Assembly (NCBI GenBank): GCA_013265495.1
Contig: MU058221.1
Span: 1,736,001 to 1,800,000 of the forward strand
Length of the DNA stretch: 64,000 bases
Source: Vicugna vicugna
Taxonomy: Eukaryota
Reading direction: 5' to 3'
A model generated the notes under the pieces. That model saw only the letters and a list, made by a program, of their open reading frames with translations. It ran no database searches and was not told where the DNA came from. Positions 21,371 to 35,099 of this stretch are shown one piece after another (the first letter of the stretch is position 1; each line of letters starts with the position of its first letter). The position numbers and the translations under genes were made by a program.

Positions 21371-23749
21371 CCTTCCCGTGGTGCCCCTGTCACAGGAGGA
21401 CACTCCTCCTTGGTGATTCCCGAGGTGCGGATTCTGGGACTGGGACTTCGGGCCATTTACTGAGCTTACCTGTCCCAGCTGCCCAAGCTGCAAACCAAGG
21501 TGGTTGGTCAGATGGTTTACAAGGTCCCACACGTGTCTGGTGACTCCTCTAATCCAGCAGATCCAGAAACAGACGTCTGAGACATAGTGTGCTCCTTGGG
21601 TTTGGCCGGGTCAAAGGGGAAGAGTCACTCCGTGTGCAGCGCGGGAATATTTACCGAAGTTAGTAAGAAATGAGCTGTGAACACATTGAGGAACACACAG
21701 GGTTTTTATGCATCTATGCAAATCGGGCTCATTAGCGTGGGCAAACAAGGAAGGGCTGTCCAGGGAAGGCCCGTGTTTCTTTTCTCTCTCTGGTGCATGT
21801 TAATGATCTAAGATTTGCAAATTGGCCTGCATCTGCCTTCCAAGGTTGATATTGTAATTTGGTTAGCTTTCAAGCAGCTTGACTTGTGTGTCTGCGCTGG
21901 CAGGCCGCCAGCACCCCAGATCAGCTCACCAATGTCTCGTCATTTCAGACATGATGGATGGACCTGGTTGCCCACGGGGCACTCTGATCAAGGGAAAGAG
22001 AGAGACAGAAGGGCGGGAGACGCTCTCTTCCCTTCACGTTGCCGATTTTAACTTTGTTTAGGTCCGTTTTTTTCAAACGGTCTTATGGCAGAGGTGGTAT
22101 CCGCTTTTACCGGGAGCTCTCCTGAGCAGAGGTAACAGACATCCCCGACCATTTTGCTACCTGGCTGTCTTGGAAGAGCAGAAGCCCATGTGTGTTTATT
22201 ATGGAGTTTGGAGCTGAGGTTGACAAGGGTTTGCTGTCAGTTGTCAGTACCTGCTTGGCTGTCCTGTGGGAGAAGGAGCACGTTTTTAGTTTGTGGCTCC
22301 TTTAGGGGGGTGACTAGGACCAAGAGATGGAAGTTTCAGAGAAGACAAGCTCTTGGTTTAACTTCAGTAAACCCGATCAAGCAGCTGGTGGGTGACCACT
22401 CGCTGTAAATGCCAAAGAGGACCCTCTCAAGGTTCACAAAGGAGCCTTCCAGACCAGACACTGTGTGGCTGTCTCACTCCCTGTCCTTCAGGGAGTGAGC
22501 TGCACTTGGACTGACTCTGTGAGATGCTGTGTCAGTGCCTGGAGCAAGGAGTGTCTGCTGCAGAAACAATGGCAGGGAGCGGGCCAGTGGCCAAATCCAC
22601 GAGGAGCCCTAAAGGCAAAGTTATTCACCAGGACAAAGTAAGACCACCTACCTTTACTAAAGTGACTAGTGTCTGTAAAGACGGGGGGACTCTTTGCAGT
22701 TTCACAACTCCTAGAAAGAGTTCCCAGTCTAGAAGGGAACCTCGTAGGATGCAGGGCGGGGGTGAGGAAGATGCATTAGGCCAGTGACTCCGTAACAGTG
22801 GTCCACGGCTCGGCTGAAGTACAGTCACCCAGGCGTGTCCTGAGGCCTTACCAGGACCTAAGAGAAGAATATTGGCATTCATATGCTGAATAAACTTCCC
22901 AAAAGATTTCATGTCTACCCAGTTTTAGGAACCTCTGTTTTAGATGGCCTCAGATTTTCCTAAAACTCTTAAAACCCAAGATAATTTTAAGTAGAAAACA
23001 TTTTGTCTTTTATACAGGTAGCATTTCACTATAGGAGCTCCGTTTAAAATGCGACTTTTAATAATCAACGCGTTAGAATTAGCTGAGCGTCTTCGTTTGT
23101 AATAAAGATGATTTTCACCCAGGGCTTTGTGAATGGTTCACAGCTGCTTGCCATAACTCGGCACTGACTGCATACTTAGATGCCAACTCAGAGCTCCCAA
23201 CTCTAAGTTCCCTAAGTGGAAGGTAAATTATAGGTGACACATCATTGGTACCTCTGAGAGGATGGAAATGTGACATTGGCTTTCCCCTGGCTTCTCACAG
23301 AGTAAACAAAAATGAAGCAAGTAAGGACAACACAGCTGGGCAGAGGTACGACTCGGGCACGTGTACTGGGCCATGCACAAGGAGAGGGCAGACTGCAAGC
23401 TGTCGTGGTCAGTGTGTCCAGGAGCAAGCGAGCTGGGCACTGAAAGAGCGGGTGCATGACAAAAGAAGGGAGGTGGGAAGATTAATCCTGGAAAAGGGGA
23501 AACTGCAGGGAGAGGCTGAAACAACCTGCCCCAAGCAGGAGTCTGCAAAAGAGTCTAACTGTTACAATATCTTATACAAAGGAGCTGTGTTTAAATCCTC
23601 CATTGCTCAAAATCAAACATACATAAACATCGTGGGAATTGACAGGCAATCATGTCCGCATGATTGATTGAGGGTTGTTACTCAGCTTCATCCCACCCTC
23701 CACCTAGTCTGGGACCTAACACTGGTCAAAGTTAAGAGCAAATTAATTT

Positions 23750-23950
23750 TCCAGACAAGCCTGTTGTAGGAGCTAAGAAGGAAGGCTCTGGAGACAAATG
23801 GCTAAGCCCCAAATTCTGTTGTCTTCAATTTCCTCTACTTGAGTCCCATAAATTGTAAGATGGAGATAACGCATCCAGTTACTTCAACAGAGTTATTACG
23901 AGGATTAAATAAGGAAGCCCACAACAAGTGCTGGGACAAGAGACTGCCAC
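23750..23950 (+). mobile_element. MIR SINE
   Basis: ggctctggagacaaa..tgtaagatggagataac..agagttattacgaggattaaataag. Confidence 0.6.
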
Positions 23951-24499
23951 ATCGGTGCCTTGTCCTCGGGGCTGGTGTTGTGAAGGGAGACGAGTGAGGT
24001 GAGTGGTGGAGGAGACCTGCTGGGACACTGTGTGTCCGGTGGCGCCGGAGCGCTGGGCGAGGGAGATGCAGCTTGTCAATTAGGTGAGGCTCTTTCCAGC
24101 CACTTCACCCTCTCACTGTAACTAGTGAATATGCACGTTTCTCTGCCTCCAGAGTGAAGCCATGGACAAGTTTTAAGTAAATGTACAACTCAGTCCCTCT
24201 TCCAAGTCCAGGGCTGTCCTGTGTGTCTGTGTCCCCAGTGCCTTTCTCATAGCAGACAGTCAGAAATGACCATGGAGTGAATGAAGGAGCAAATGGATGA
24301 GTGGAAAGACGATGAAGCACCGCGATTAAGCCAAATGATTTTACCTACGAATGCTGTCTTCTGATGTTAGCTATTAGGGTGCATCTGACCTGGAAGTAAC
24401 GTTGCAACAAGTTGTTACAGACTTCGTCCAACACATGCTCAGGAAGGCGGCTCTGTCCGAGCTCCCCCGGGGAGCAGCTGAGCCGACACTCAGTGTGGC

Positions 24500-24740
24500 G
24501 TTCTGGAAGGAGCCTGGCACCCAGAGGCAGCAACCTGGGCTCTAGAAACGCCTCTGTCACTGCCCACCTCTTCAACCCTGGGCGAGAAGTCAGCCTGTCT
24601 GGGCCCCAGTTTCCTCATTCATAAAATAGGGACGATAATAATAAGAATTTTTTTTAAGCTTGAGGATAAAATAAGCTATAATGCTCAATTAGCACATAGT
24701 GCTCGGCACAGAGTGTGTGCTTAAAAATATTATTGTATTG
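24500..24740 (+). mobile_element. MIR SINE
   Basis: cctgggctctagaaacgcctctgtcact..ctgggccccagtttcctcattcataaaataggga..gctcggcacagagt. Confidence 0.75.
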
Positions 24741-24829
24741 CATTTTTTTATAATTATCATTTTTTGACTGTATCATTCATATGAAAAACACGCAAACTAC
24801 AAAAAATAAAAAAGAAGAAGCACTTATGA

Positions 24830-25490
24830 AATAAGGGACATTTTAAACACTGTCTGGATAGTTGATGACATAAGAAATTTCTGCTTATTTATTTATTTTT
24901 TTAGCTTGAACAACAGAATTCTATTTCCTAATAGTCCTAGAGGTTAAAAGTCCGAGATTAATGTATTAGGAGTTTTGGTTTTATCTGACGCCTCTCTCTT
25001 TGGCTTGGAGGTGACTGCCTTCTCCCTGTGGTCTCACATGATTTTGTCCAGTGTTCTTTTAAATTGAATTATATTATAGTCAGTTTACAATGTTGTGCAA
25101 TTTCTGGTGTACTGCATAATGTTTCAGTTACACGTGCATACATCATTTTTATATTCATTTTCATTATAAGTTACAAGAAGATATTGAATATAGTTCCCTG
25201 TGCTACACAGTTTAAACCTGTTTTGTTTATTATTTTAGATGTGGTGATGATACTTTACAGAGAAGCCCTTATTTGATAGAGATAGAGATATAAGCCGACA
25301 AATTTACTGATGGAATAATAGGGATCTACTTCAAAATAATCTGGACTGGTGACAAGAAGGGTCAAAGATGACACAAGACTGGTCATAAAGTAACAACTGA
25401 CTGTTCTAGCAACTCTGACATGAGTATTCACTTTACTGTCCTTTTCACTTTTGCGTATGTTTGAACACTTCCATTATAAAAGTTAAAAAA
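24830..25490. mobile_element. Nested repeats: old L1 interrupted by an MLT1 fragment (~24900-25050) and a camelid-type L1 3' end (~25060-25235)
   Basis: MLT1 text agtcctagaggttaaaagtccgagatt; L1 text aagatattgaatatagttccctgtgctacacag. Confidence 0.55.
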
Positions 25491-26039
25491 TAACCACTGC
25501 TACACACACACCTATGAAGACACTGACAGCCTGCTGAAATTTCTGGTTCCTATCAAACCGATCCTCTTGGTCTGCACTTTGTTCTGCTGGTTCGTCACCA
25601 GGCACTTTACTCAACGCCAGAAGGTACATACAGAACGTGTTTCAACGGCAGCCCAGCTTCTGTTACTTTGTTCGCTTGTTGGTTTCTTTTGAGAAATTAG
25701 AGGCTCACAGCTAATGTTTGAGTACAGTTCCCGTCATGATCATCTTAAGTGCCTTGACAGCGGGACTCATGACAAGAAGGGGCAGAGCAGGGGAGAGGCA
25801 GTCAGAGAAACCTAAAGGGGAAGGGGGAAATTTAAATAGGGTATTAGGAAATAGGTAGGGTTTCAAAAGAAGTCATAGAGGGGAGAAAAAGTGGATGAAC
25901 CACACCACTCCAAGAACATCTCAAAGCGAGCCTGCGTCAAAAGGTAAAAAGGGATTTAAGAAGATTAAAGGGACAAGTGACTTAGAAGAAGAAGAACTAT
26001 GTAGTGGTTCGAATTATTCTGAACCATCACAGGGAGGAT

Positions 26040-26525
26040 CTTGTACGATGCCTGGGTCAGTTTCCTGGGGCTGCCGTTATAAAGCACACAACGGGTTGGC
26101 TTACAACAACAGAAATTTATTTTCTCGCAGGTCAAGGGGCTAGAAGGTCAAAGTCAAGGTGTCGGCAGAGACATGCTCCCTCTGAAACCCGCAGTGAAAC
26201 CCCTCTCTGCCTCATCATAGCTTCTGATGACTTCCTGGCGCTCTTGCATCCCTTGGCTCCCAGCTGTGGCGTCCAGTCTCTGCCGTCATCATCACGTGGC
26301 CTTCTCTGTGAGTCCCCGTCTACACGTGGCCATGTTCTTACAAGGACACCAGTCATGCTGAATTAGGGGCCCGCCCAACAACAGTGTAGCCTCATCATGA
26401 CTTAGCTAATTGCATCTGCGATGACTCTTGTTTCCAAGTAAGATCACATTTTGAAGCAATGGAGGGAGGATTTCAATATATCTTTCTTTGGGTAGGGGAG
26501 AGGGAATAATTCAACGCATAACCAT
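26040..26525 (-). mobile_element. MLT1B/C MaLR LTR
   Basis: tttcctggggctgccgttataaagcacacaacgggttggcttacaacaacagaaatttattttctcgcag..caaggacaccagtcat. Confidence 0.8.
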
Positions 26526-26569
26526 GCGAAAGCGGGGACCTTTCCGAGAGTAAGGGCGTGCTCCAGAAC

Positions 26570-26780
26570 TGGTCTCCTGGAGCACTGGGGATATTTGCAT
26601 TCTAGTCTTGATTTGTCTGTCTCTTACCCACGTGACCTTGGGCAGTTTCCCTCAAGTTCTCTGAACGTGTGGACCAGGGCTGCCTACTTCACACAACTGA
26701 CAGTGTTCTTGGAAGGTGAAGTAAAAGGATGGCGTAAAAGCACTTTGGAAATCTCAGAGCCCTGGACCTGAACTCCGTTA
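26570..26780 (+). mobile_element. MIR SINE
   Basis: cacgtgaccttgggcagtttccctcaagttctctga..aaaagcactttggaaa. Confidence 0.55.
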
Positions 26781-29700
26781 TTACTGGTCCTTCCATCTAT
26801 ACGTCATTCACTAGCCCCGTCCAGACGAGACTGGAAATCCCAATAATTGGGACCGTTTTCTCTGCGTGAAAGCTTTGTCTCTAGAGCATCCTTGGGAAAG
26901 TAAAAGACTGCCGTTTCAAAGAGAGAGGCTTGATCGCTTGATGGAAGGTGTCAAGCAGTGGCAGTCCGGGAGGTTTGAAGGAATAGTAAAATCAAGTACA
27001 ATGCTGTCGAGAAAAGGCCATTATTTCTCCTCCAAGACCTCCAGTTTCCATGAAGGAGGGCCTTGTGCAGCTTTGCCCGCAAGAGGGAAGGCCCAGACGG
27101 CTCCCTTAGTGCCCAGCTCGACTCCACCACACACAGCGACCATTAACTTGAGTGGTTAGAATTTCAGATGGTCAGTGACTTTCGTTTTTCCTAACCAGTG
27201 ATAACTTAGTTCTATATTTTGATCCTTTGTTCCCTTTATCATGTCAGTTAGAGGTGTAGAAAGGCAGGCTGATGACGCTGACAGCTTGCCACGCAGCACA
27301 GGGTTCTCCAGACAACCCTGCTATCTAAATAGGGTAAGTCTTAAGTTTGGGAGATGGGGGAAGAAGGGTCAGATCCCTGCTTCTAGAAAGTCAGCCGTGC
27401 CAGAGCACGTGCATCCTGTCAGCCATGAGCACTTGCCGGGCCAATAAATAAACCTAATGCATCGGTACCCTTTGACCATACACTCTCTGTTCTTATTCTC
27501 ACTATCACTTAGATTTCCGTGCAGGGGCGGGGTGAGCATCAGCCGGCTTCACTCCCCCAGCTCCTCGCAATACACACTCACCTCCTCAACATCCAAATAA
27601 TGAAGACTGAGCTGAGCTAGACAAGGAAAGGTCAAGATCACAGCACTCAGGTCGACGAGGGACAGATCCCATCTCGAGAGGGAACCAGTAGTAAGAACGA
27701 GTTTCGGGAAGGCCAGGAGAATGGGTCCACGGCGAGTCAGCTCTGGCGTGGCGGGTTTCCTTTAAAGAAGCAGCGATCCCACCAGCCAGGAGCTTGGAAG
27801 GCACCCACAGCTGGAAATGCGCTTATTGCCAGAATGCCCGGGAGTCTGAAGTGGGCGGGATGTGGGACAAGAATGAGTCGGGGGCCAGGGTGTGAGCTGG
27901 AGGATGCAGGGCCCGGGAGCAGGGCTATGAGGATGCTGTGCAAGCTGTGTGCCTGCAGCATCTCCCACCGCACTGACTGTCAGGGTGACGCAGTGAAGGG
28001 CGGCTGCGGTGAGAGACTGGGACGAAACCCGGCGAACGCACGAAAACACCGAAATGCTCTGGGAACAGACTGGGCGCTTTCAACAAGCGATGGTCTGGGC
28101 CCGCGGTTTACATGCGTAGGCAGGAGATAGAGCTGTGATGGAAAACCTTTATTCGGTCAATTCTGAGGCCAGAAATAATCAACTTAGGATTAGACATATT
28201 TTGCAAAATGAGAAAGAAAAGATATCAAAAAAGAGGAGATGACACCTAGGAATTTCTCCACTTGCCGATACTCCCGGTGGATTTCCTCACCTAGTCATCC
28301 CCCTTATGAATGTGAGGCTCCCCCAGATAAACCACAGAACAAGACGAGCCGTTCACCGGAGCCTCTCTTCCCTTAGGCTGGCCTGGCGGCCATGGTGCTG
28401 CACGGAAACCTTCCGAGTGCAATCGTGGTCGAACCTGGTAACCAAGGGAGGCATCGCCCGCCTCTCAGCTCAAGGAAAGGTGCTCCACAATCTCCCTCCA
28501 CTCAGAGGCCCCCTCCTTCCTTCCTCCCTCTGCAAGATGAAGCGGATCTGTCAGTTGTCTGGTAGGGGCCACAACACACGAGCCATTCGGTAAAAAGAGT
28601 GGGTGTCGTCTTCAAGTGAAGAAACTCTTCTGTCTCTGCTGGAGATCAGTCTAAAATTGCTCCAGCCGTGTCTGAGCAAATCTGGGTTTTCTCTCTGCCT
28701 TGGTTACTCATTTCTTCTTTCCTTAGTCACTTGGACCTACTGAGCTGAGAAAAGAGTTGCTAAGTAGAAAGACAGGCTGGAACTATGATAAGATTTTTTT
28801 TCAATTTATCCAAGATGATCCCAGAGTCACAGAATTATGAAACAATTTTGCAACTTTTTTTTTTTTTGGTGATGCTGGCTGTTTCGTTTTGTTTTTGTTT
28901 TTGTTTTTGTTTTTCACTGAACATCATATTCATCGAAAAGCCCAGAAACTTTGTCTCCAGGGTCTCACATTCTGACTCTGATTAAAGGAATTTCTGGTGC
29001 CCTGAGTGATTTAGAGTCAAACTGACGGGTTCAGATGCACCGTGCATTGTGCTGATAAGCAGTACTGGCCAGAAACTTCCCCAAAATCCAGTTACAGGGT
29101 GAGCTCCAACCTCAGTCCCCACCGTGGTCGTAACCGAGCCTTGGTGCCCGCACAAGACTGAACCTCAAGCCAAGTCGCAGAGAGTGGGGAGACATTCAAA
29201 TTACGATGGCGGCGCTGTACGTGCGTCTAATTTATTCTCCCCGACATTTCCCTGTGAAGCCTGTGAAGACTTGGCAAGGAGCAGTGATAATGCCAATCTG
29301 CGGGAAAATTTGCTCTAACTACGTCTCGACAGCAGGACTGAGGGAAAAGGCAAGTTCGTTAGATATCTAGACTCGTCAGTGTAGAGGCAGGGATGGGCTT
29401 CAATCAAGCCTGTGGTAGGTCCTGATAAAGACTCCAGAGACGCCACCACTCAGGTCCTCTGCCGCCCGCCACCACGGCACAGAGCCACGCTCCAGGGCAC
29501 CGGGGCTGTGGGCTCCTCACCCACACCCCTGATCCCACCAACACTTTTTGTTTTTCATCCGCCTGGAAAACCAGCTCTCAGAAGCACGACAGTGAGGAGG
29601 AAGGTGACGGAAGGGCGCGCATCATGCGGCAGGATGTGCGGTTCCCAGGAGCCAAAGGGGAGAAGTCAGCGATATTCCCCCTGCCTGATGATTCCCAGGC

Positions 29701-30251
29701 GCAGGAGCGCGGCTGCCCTGGACCTGAGTAGGCATCACTCCAGTTTAGGGTTAGCTACAGGGGTTTTAAAATCACCCAGGTGATCAAAGAGAAAAAGCAC
29801 TCTCACTCGGCATCTGTGGGCCTGCGTAGAGGGAGGTGTCCTCGCCTGGATGTGGAAAAAAGGAAGCAGAAAACGAACATGAGGTCTGTGGAACGATTCC
29901 TCCGTGCGGAAGATTGACCTCTACATGCAGGGGGAAAGCACAGCCACGCAAAGGATTTTGGAATGAAACTGGCTTTCTCGGTGAAATTCTGGAAAACATG
30001 GGCTAGAACAGGAAAGAAATCGACAAACACCAGGTTGAAATTTTTACTTTAAATTAAATCGCGTCAATAATGTGGATCTAAAACCTCGAGGATTAAAAAA
30101 AAAGTAGCAGGATGAGAGAACTTTAAATTCTACACAACCTTCCCTTTAAATATGCAAAAATCAAGTTATGACCTTATTCTTGAATCTGAAAAGTCCAGAA
30201 AAAAATATCTAGGCCTGGGAATCTTACAAAACCTACAGACAACCTTCAGCC

Positions 30252-30438
30252 CAGCAATTCTTAACGTGCGGGCTCCAGGCCATCAGCACCAGCATCACGG
30301 GGGATCCGGTTAAAAATGCAGCTTCTCAGGTCCCGCTGCAGGGCTACGGAATAAGAACCCTGAGAGTGGGGCCCGGCAACCTGCAATCAAGGAGCCCTCC
30401 AGGTGATTCCGATGCATCTTGAGATTTGAGAACCACTG
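30252..30438. mobile_element. MER5A hAT-Charlie element
   Basis: catcagcaccagcatcac..aaatgcagcttctcagg..gtggggccc..ccctccaggtgattccgatgca..tttgagaaccactg. Confidence 0.8.
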
Positions 30439-31149
30439 CTCTAGTAGAATGTGAAGCACCTTCAAATTCACCAGGTAAATTCAACCTAAAAAAAAAATTA
30501 GCTGTAGCAGAGAAGGTATTCATTACTCCATTCAGTCACCCAACAAACATTTACGAGTTAACGCCCGTGTCCATCCATACCACTGTTCTAGGTGCTGGAA
30601 ATACAACAGTCAGCGCTCCAGGCACAGTGCAGTCTATAAGCTATATGGAAACATTTAAACAATGAAAGAGCAAGGGCATATGAAAGATACAATACATGAA
30701 AAAGACAGCATAGACATAAACAAATTATTACAATAAATATAAATAGCCTACATTTAAAAAAATTGGAACACAGTGATTCTCAGATCAGATAGAAACAAAA
30801 TGTAACATTCACTATTTAAGAAGGCTATGCCTGATATCAGGAAGTCTATAATAATAATAATAATAGTATAATAATAATATAATTGTTATGATTATGATTA
30901 AAGATTTTATAGGCAAATGCAATGAAAAATAGTGGATGGAACATTAATTATTTCAGAGAAAATATAACTCAGGACCAAAATAACACATGTGGAATACAGA
31001 AGGGAAACAGAGGTCACACTTGGAATAGTCAGTGTGGTACAGAGTTGGCTTTCAGGGTTTATGGTGTGTGATGTGATGGGATGAGGGCCGGTTTCATCTA
31101 AGGGCTAAGGACCATGTCAGGAGAACTAAATACACTGTGCCTTTCATAC

Positions 31150-31814
31150 TGCTGCGGGTAGATGTAGCTGGTGTCCAGGTTCTTGTCCCGTCCTAGAAAG
31201 AATTCAGAGAAAAGACCCGGAGGTTGAGAAAGTAAGGTGGGGATTTATTAAGGGATGGACAGGACACTCTCAAGGGGAGAGCGGGCAGGCTCAGGGGAGC
31301 AGCTGCCCTGAGTTTCTTTGGCAAGTCGGTCACATAGGGTGTAAAAATGAATGGGTGGAATATTCACTGGGGAGGGATGGGTTTGGGGTCATATTCCCTG
31401 ATTTTGACCCAAACGCCACCTTCTTGAAGAGAGGAGAGATTTTTGTCCTTATTTAGTCTGGATCAGACGTGTCGGTGCAGGATGGGTACTTCTGATCTGC
31501 AAGGCTGATTTTATTGAAATGAGGGCATAATGAGCAAAAGATTACATTTGGACCCTGGAGATCCCTGACTTTTCTCTTTTCTTTTCTTTTTTTTTTTTTT
31601 TGTGAGCCTCCAGGCTTCTTGTCACCCCCAAAAGGTGTGACCTCTTATCAGCCCAGAGGTTCCTGATTTTCTTCCTCTGCCCAGGGACCCCTGGTGCTTA
31701 TATGATGTGTGGTTCCCTGTATTTGGCCTGGGCCCCGCCTTTCTGCCCAGGTCCTGCCACGTGGCCTGCGCCCCAATTCCTCTGCTCACGTCTAGCTCTC
31801 TGCCTTCTCTGACA
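31150..31814 (-). mobile_element. ERV1-class solo LTR with perfect 4-bp TSD (ATAC)
   Basis: TG..CA termini; ATAC at 31146-31149 and 31815-31818; antisense poly(A) signal (tttatt) near the left end. Confidence 0.85.
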
Positions 31815-33280
31815 ATACCACTGGTAGAACAAATGATCATTTAAATGGTACATGGAAACTATTTTAAAAATATGCATTTACTTTAATGGAAAGATAATTA
31901 GCTCAGACAGCCTGTGGTTTGATGACTATTATTGTTTAGAATAAGGCAAAAACTTTTTAAAAGTTAAAGAAATTATTGACAAAATGATATATTCGTATAA
32001 CTCCTTCTGAATATAAGAGATAATCAAATATGAAAGTGATACATTAAAAAAGAAAAACCCTGAAGTTCAGGTAGTAGTGTGATAATTGGGGTAAAATCAC
32101 CACATTGAATAGAATTCATCCATTACTGATCACTCAGTTCTTTAAAGCCATAGAACAAAATTTTCCATTATTATCTCCTCAGGAGTCAGAACGGTGAATT
32201 TTTTCAAAAGCCGTTAGGACTGAAGGAGCTCTGGGCCTCATACTCCCTGCTTTACTGCCACTTAATTTTGCTTTGAAATTAGCACTGTGTTGTGTTCTGT
32301 GATTGCCTGCATGGTAACACCATTGCAAAGAGACAGTGGTCCTGAAGAACCTACTAGAAACTATCCCATCAATTCAAATTCAGTGCTGTTAAGCAAGGAA
32401 AAGGAGTTCCAAACAGCTCTCCATCAGATACTGCCTCCTTGCCTGTGAAAGGCCCTCGTTTGCATACAGTGCAGCAGCTCCATCCCTGGTGCTCTGGCCC
32501 GTCTGCTCTGCTCCTACCCAGCCCTCACGCTGCACTTTTCATTAGCTTTTTAAAGAAGCTACAATAACAGGATGGGGAAGTCTTGTCCTCCCATGCATAT
32601 GAAAATGCTCCAGGCATAGCACTATTGAACTTTGGGGAATTGTTCCAAGGAAGAATCATAGCCCCAATTTTAATCAGAACTCCTTAAATCTCTGCTCTAA
32701 ATTGCCAGTTGGAGGCAAATTGACCAGTCACCAGAAATATTAGCAGCGGATAGCACACAACATATGGAGGAGAGCCAGACTATTTCGCAAATCTGAGTCA
32801 GGCGGCTCCAGTAATTAGTGAAGCATAATATATTTTCACCCCCAGAGCTGAACTGGAATGAGATGCTCAAGGAGGGAACTAGAAAACAGCTCCATATGGT
32901 GCGAAGATAGCCTGTGGGGACTGTTGAAGAGATGGAAATTCTCTGTCTATTGCTGCCCCAAAATCATTGAATTAAGGATTGTTATCCCTCCAAAGTATCT
33001 TAGATGCATCTTGAAAATGAGAACACTGTGATAAATGCCTTGTTAAAGTTAAGACAAGCCTAGATCCAGGATCTGTGGGGCTTTTTTCATCTTCTACCAA
33101 ATGGTACTACTCTTTCGGAGAAGAGCGACATGAATACAAATGTCAAAGAGACTCAAAGCAGGCAGATTTTATCCCAAAGCTAAGGATCTCGTTGAATATA
33201 TATGATTACAGAATTTTAAGTGTTCAGATTAAATGTGACCATATAGAGATAATGAGGGAAAGTAATTTCAGAAGTTATGA

Positions 33281-33779
33281 TGAGACAGGAGGGAAGGGGA
33301 CAGCGCACAACCATTGAAGGAATGACACAGCAATTAAGGAGAGAAAGTGAAATGGTTAGAACCAAGATGGCAGAAGATTTGACCTCTAGCAGACCTTGAG
33401 CCTCGTGGCACACCCACGGGCGCCATGACAGTTCCCAGGAGGACCATAAATGGTCCAAAAGAGGGCGGGGCCCAATTCCTGGAAATCTCCACCCCTTCTG
33501 TGACATAGTTGGAAATAATCTCCCCACTCATTAGCATGTGAAATTACCAGGCCCATGAAAACTAACCAGCCCCACGCCTTCTGGCCGCTCTCTCTTCTGA
33601 GTGAGACGGGCTGCGTTCTGTCTGTGGCACGTGTACCTCCTAGGGCGTCTTTGCCTCCTGAGATGGAGCACACTCTGCCTATGGAGTGTATATCTCCCCA
33701 GTTAGACTGGTTTGCACTTCACTGTGCCCAGCTCTTGAATTCTTTGCTGTGCAAGACAAGAGCATATTCTCCAGCAACA
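33281..33779 (+). mobile_element. MER41-like ERV1 solo LTR with GAS motif
   Basis: TGAGACAGG..CAACA termini; near-TSD ATGA/ATGC; core ccaagatggc..cccacgggcgccatgacag..ataatctccccactcattagcat resembles MER41; TTCCTGGAA 33476-33484. Confidence 0.75.
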
Positions 33780-33905
33780 ATGCTGAATACGACTTTTGTT
33801 TTTTTGGATGATTCCTGGAATTGTACAACAGAGAGATTTTTAAGATAGTCTGTCCGGACTTTAGCAGTTTCTTAGGAGATCCTTATAACAGCAACAACAA
33901 AGATT

Positions 33906-33948
33906 AAAAATAGAACAGGCAAAAAAAAAAAAAAGTACCTACTCAATA

Positions 33949-34031
<83 letters not shown>

Positions 34032-34137
34032 CCTACTCAATACAAAAAAAAAAAATAGAATAGGCATTGTGCTGCACAGCAGAAATTGATGCAACATGGT
34101 AAACTGACTATAACTCAATAAAAATAAATAAATAGAA
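33906..34137 (+). mobile_element. Nested poly(A)/TSD stack plus a ~70-bp L1 3' terminus
   Basis: Poly(A) runs of 14, 79 and 12 nt; GTACCTACTCAATAC twice; AAAAATAGAAYAGGC twice; L1 end gaaattgatgcaacatggtaaactgactataactcaataaaa. Confidence 0.7.
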
Positions 34138-34297
34138 GTCAAGTTCCAAACAAACCAAAAAAAAAATCATTTTTATGAGTTGACAATTTTCCAGAATATG
34201 ATTATAGAAAAGCACAGCTCTAACTTTATAGTTATGTTTTAGAAAGAACCCATTTTAAAATACAAATGTAAGAATTTTTTTTTAAATAGAATAGATA

Positions 34298-35090
34298 TGA
34301 AAGGGAGCAGGACCCTGTGCCCTACCCCCCGACACCTCCTGTTTATAGAAAACCTGACGTCTCCCCAGCCTCCCTGAGTCACAGAAGAGCAGGCTCCAGC
34401 CGTTGGTTAGGACAAGCCTGCGGGCGCTGAGGGATGGCAACGACTCGGACCCCCTATCTCAATGATTAACTGAAATTATTCCTTCATTTCCCTTTAAAAC
34501 TTTCATGGCTGAACAGAATCTTTGGAGATGGTTTTCAGGGGAGGATGCTGGGTTCGTTAAATTGCAGGCGTTCTGACCAAAAGCAACTTTCCTTTTTGTT
34601 ACTTGTGGGACACAGTGGCAGCCAGTCGGTGACATGGTGACACATTGGTCGGTAAAAGAATTTACCGGAGATAAAGTATGAGAGTAGAAGAGGAGCTGAC
34701 TAGGGGTGTGCTGCCGCAGACAGCGGGGGGCCACGCAGATGAGGGTGCCTGTGCGGGCACCGAGGGCCGGCTGGTGGCGTCTTCTGTAAGGTCGGCTCAC
34801 AAGGTGCCTGATGGCTTGTGCGCAAGTCTCTGGTTGGTTGTAGGTGAGGCAGGAGGTTTAGGGCCCAGGAGGGGTGGTGGGGTTTATGACTGATAAGGGG
34901 GCTGAAACGAGCCAGCCAGGGCTGCTGGGAGATTGGGCGTTACCTAGCGCTGTTGGCGCGTTATGGTGAGGGGTCACAGGCAGACATCTGAGAGCCCAGG
35001 AGCGGGGGCCGCTGGCTTTCGGAGGCCATCAGATGGCCCCACAGTTACCAAGGCTGTCGTGCCCCAGATCGCACCCCTGCCCCTCCCTCA
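34298..35090. mobile_element. Two abutting or nested ERV LTRs (~34298-34596 and ~34597-35090)
   Basis: TG starts (TGAAAGGG; TGTTAC), ..CCCTCA end, LTR-like composition; families not identified. Confidence 0.5.
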
Positions 35091-35099
35091 GATAGAAAC

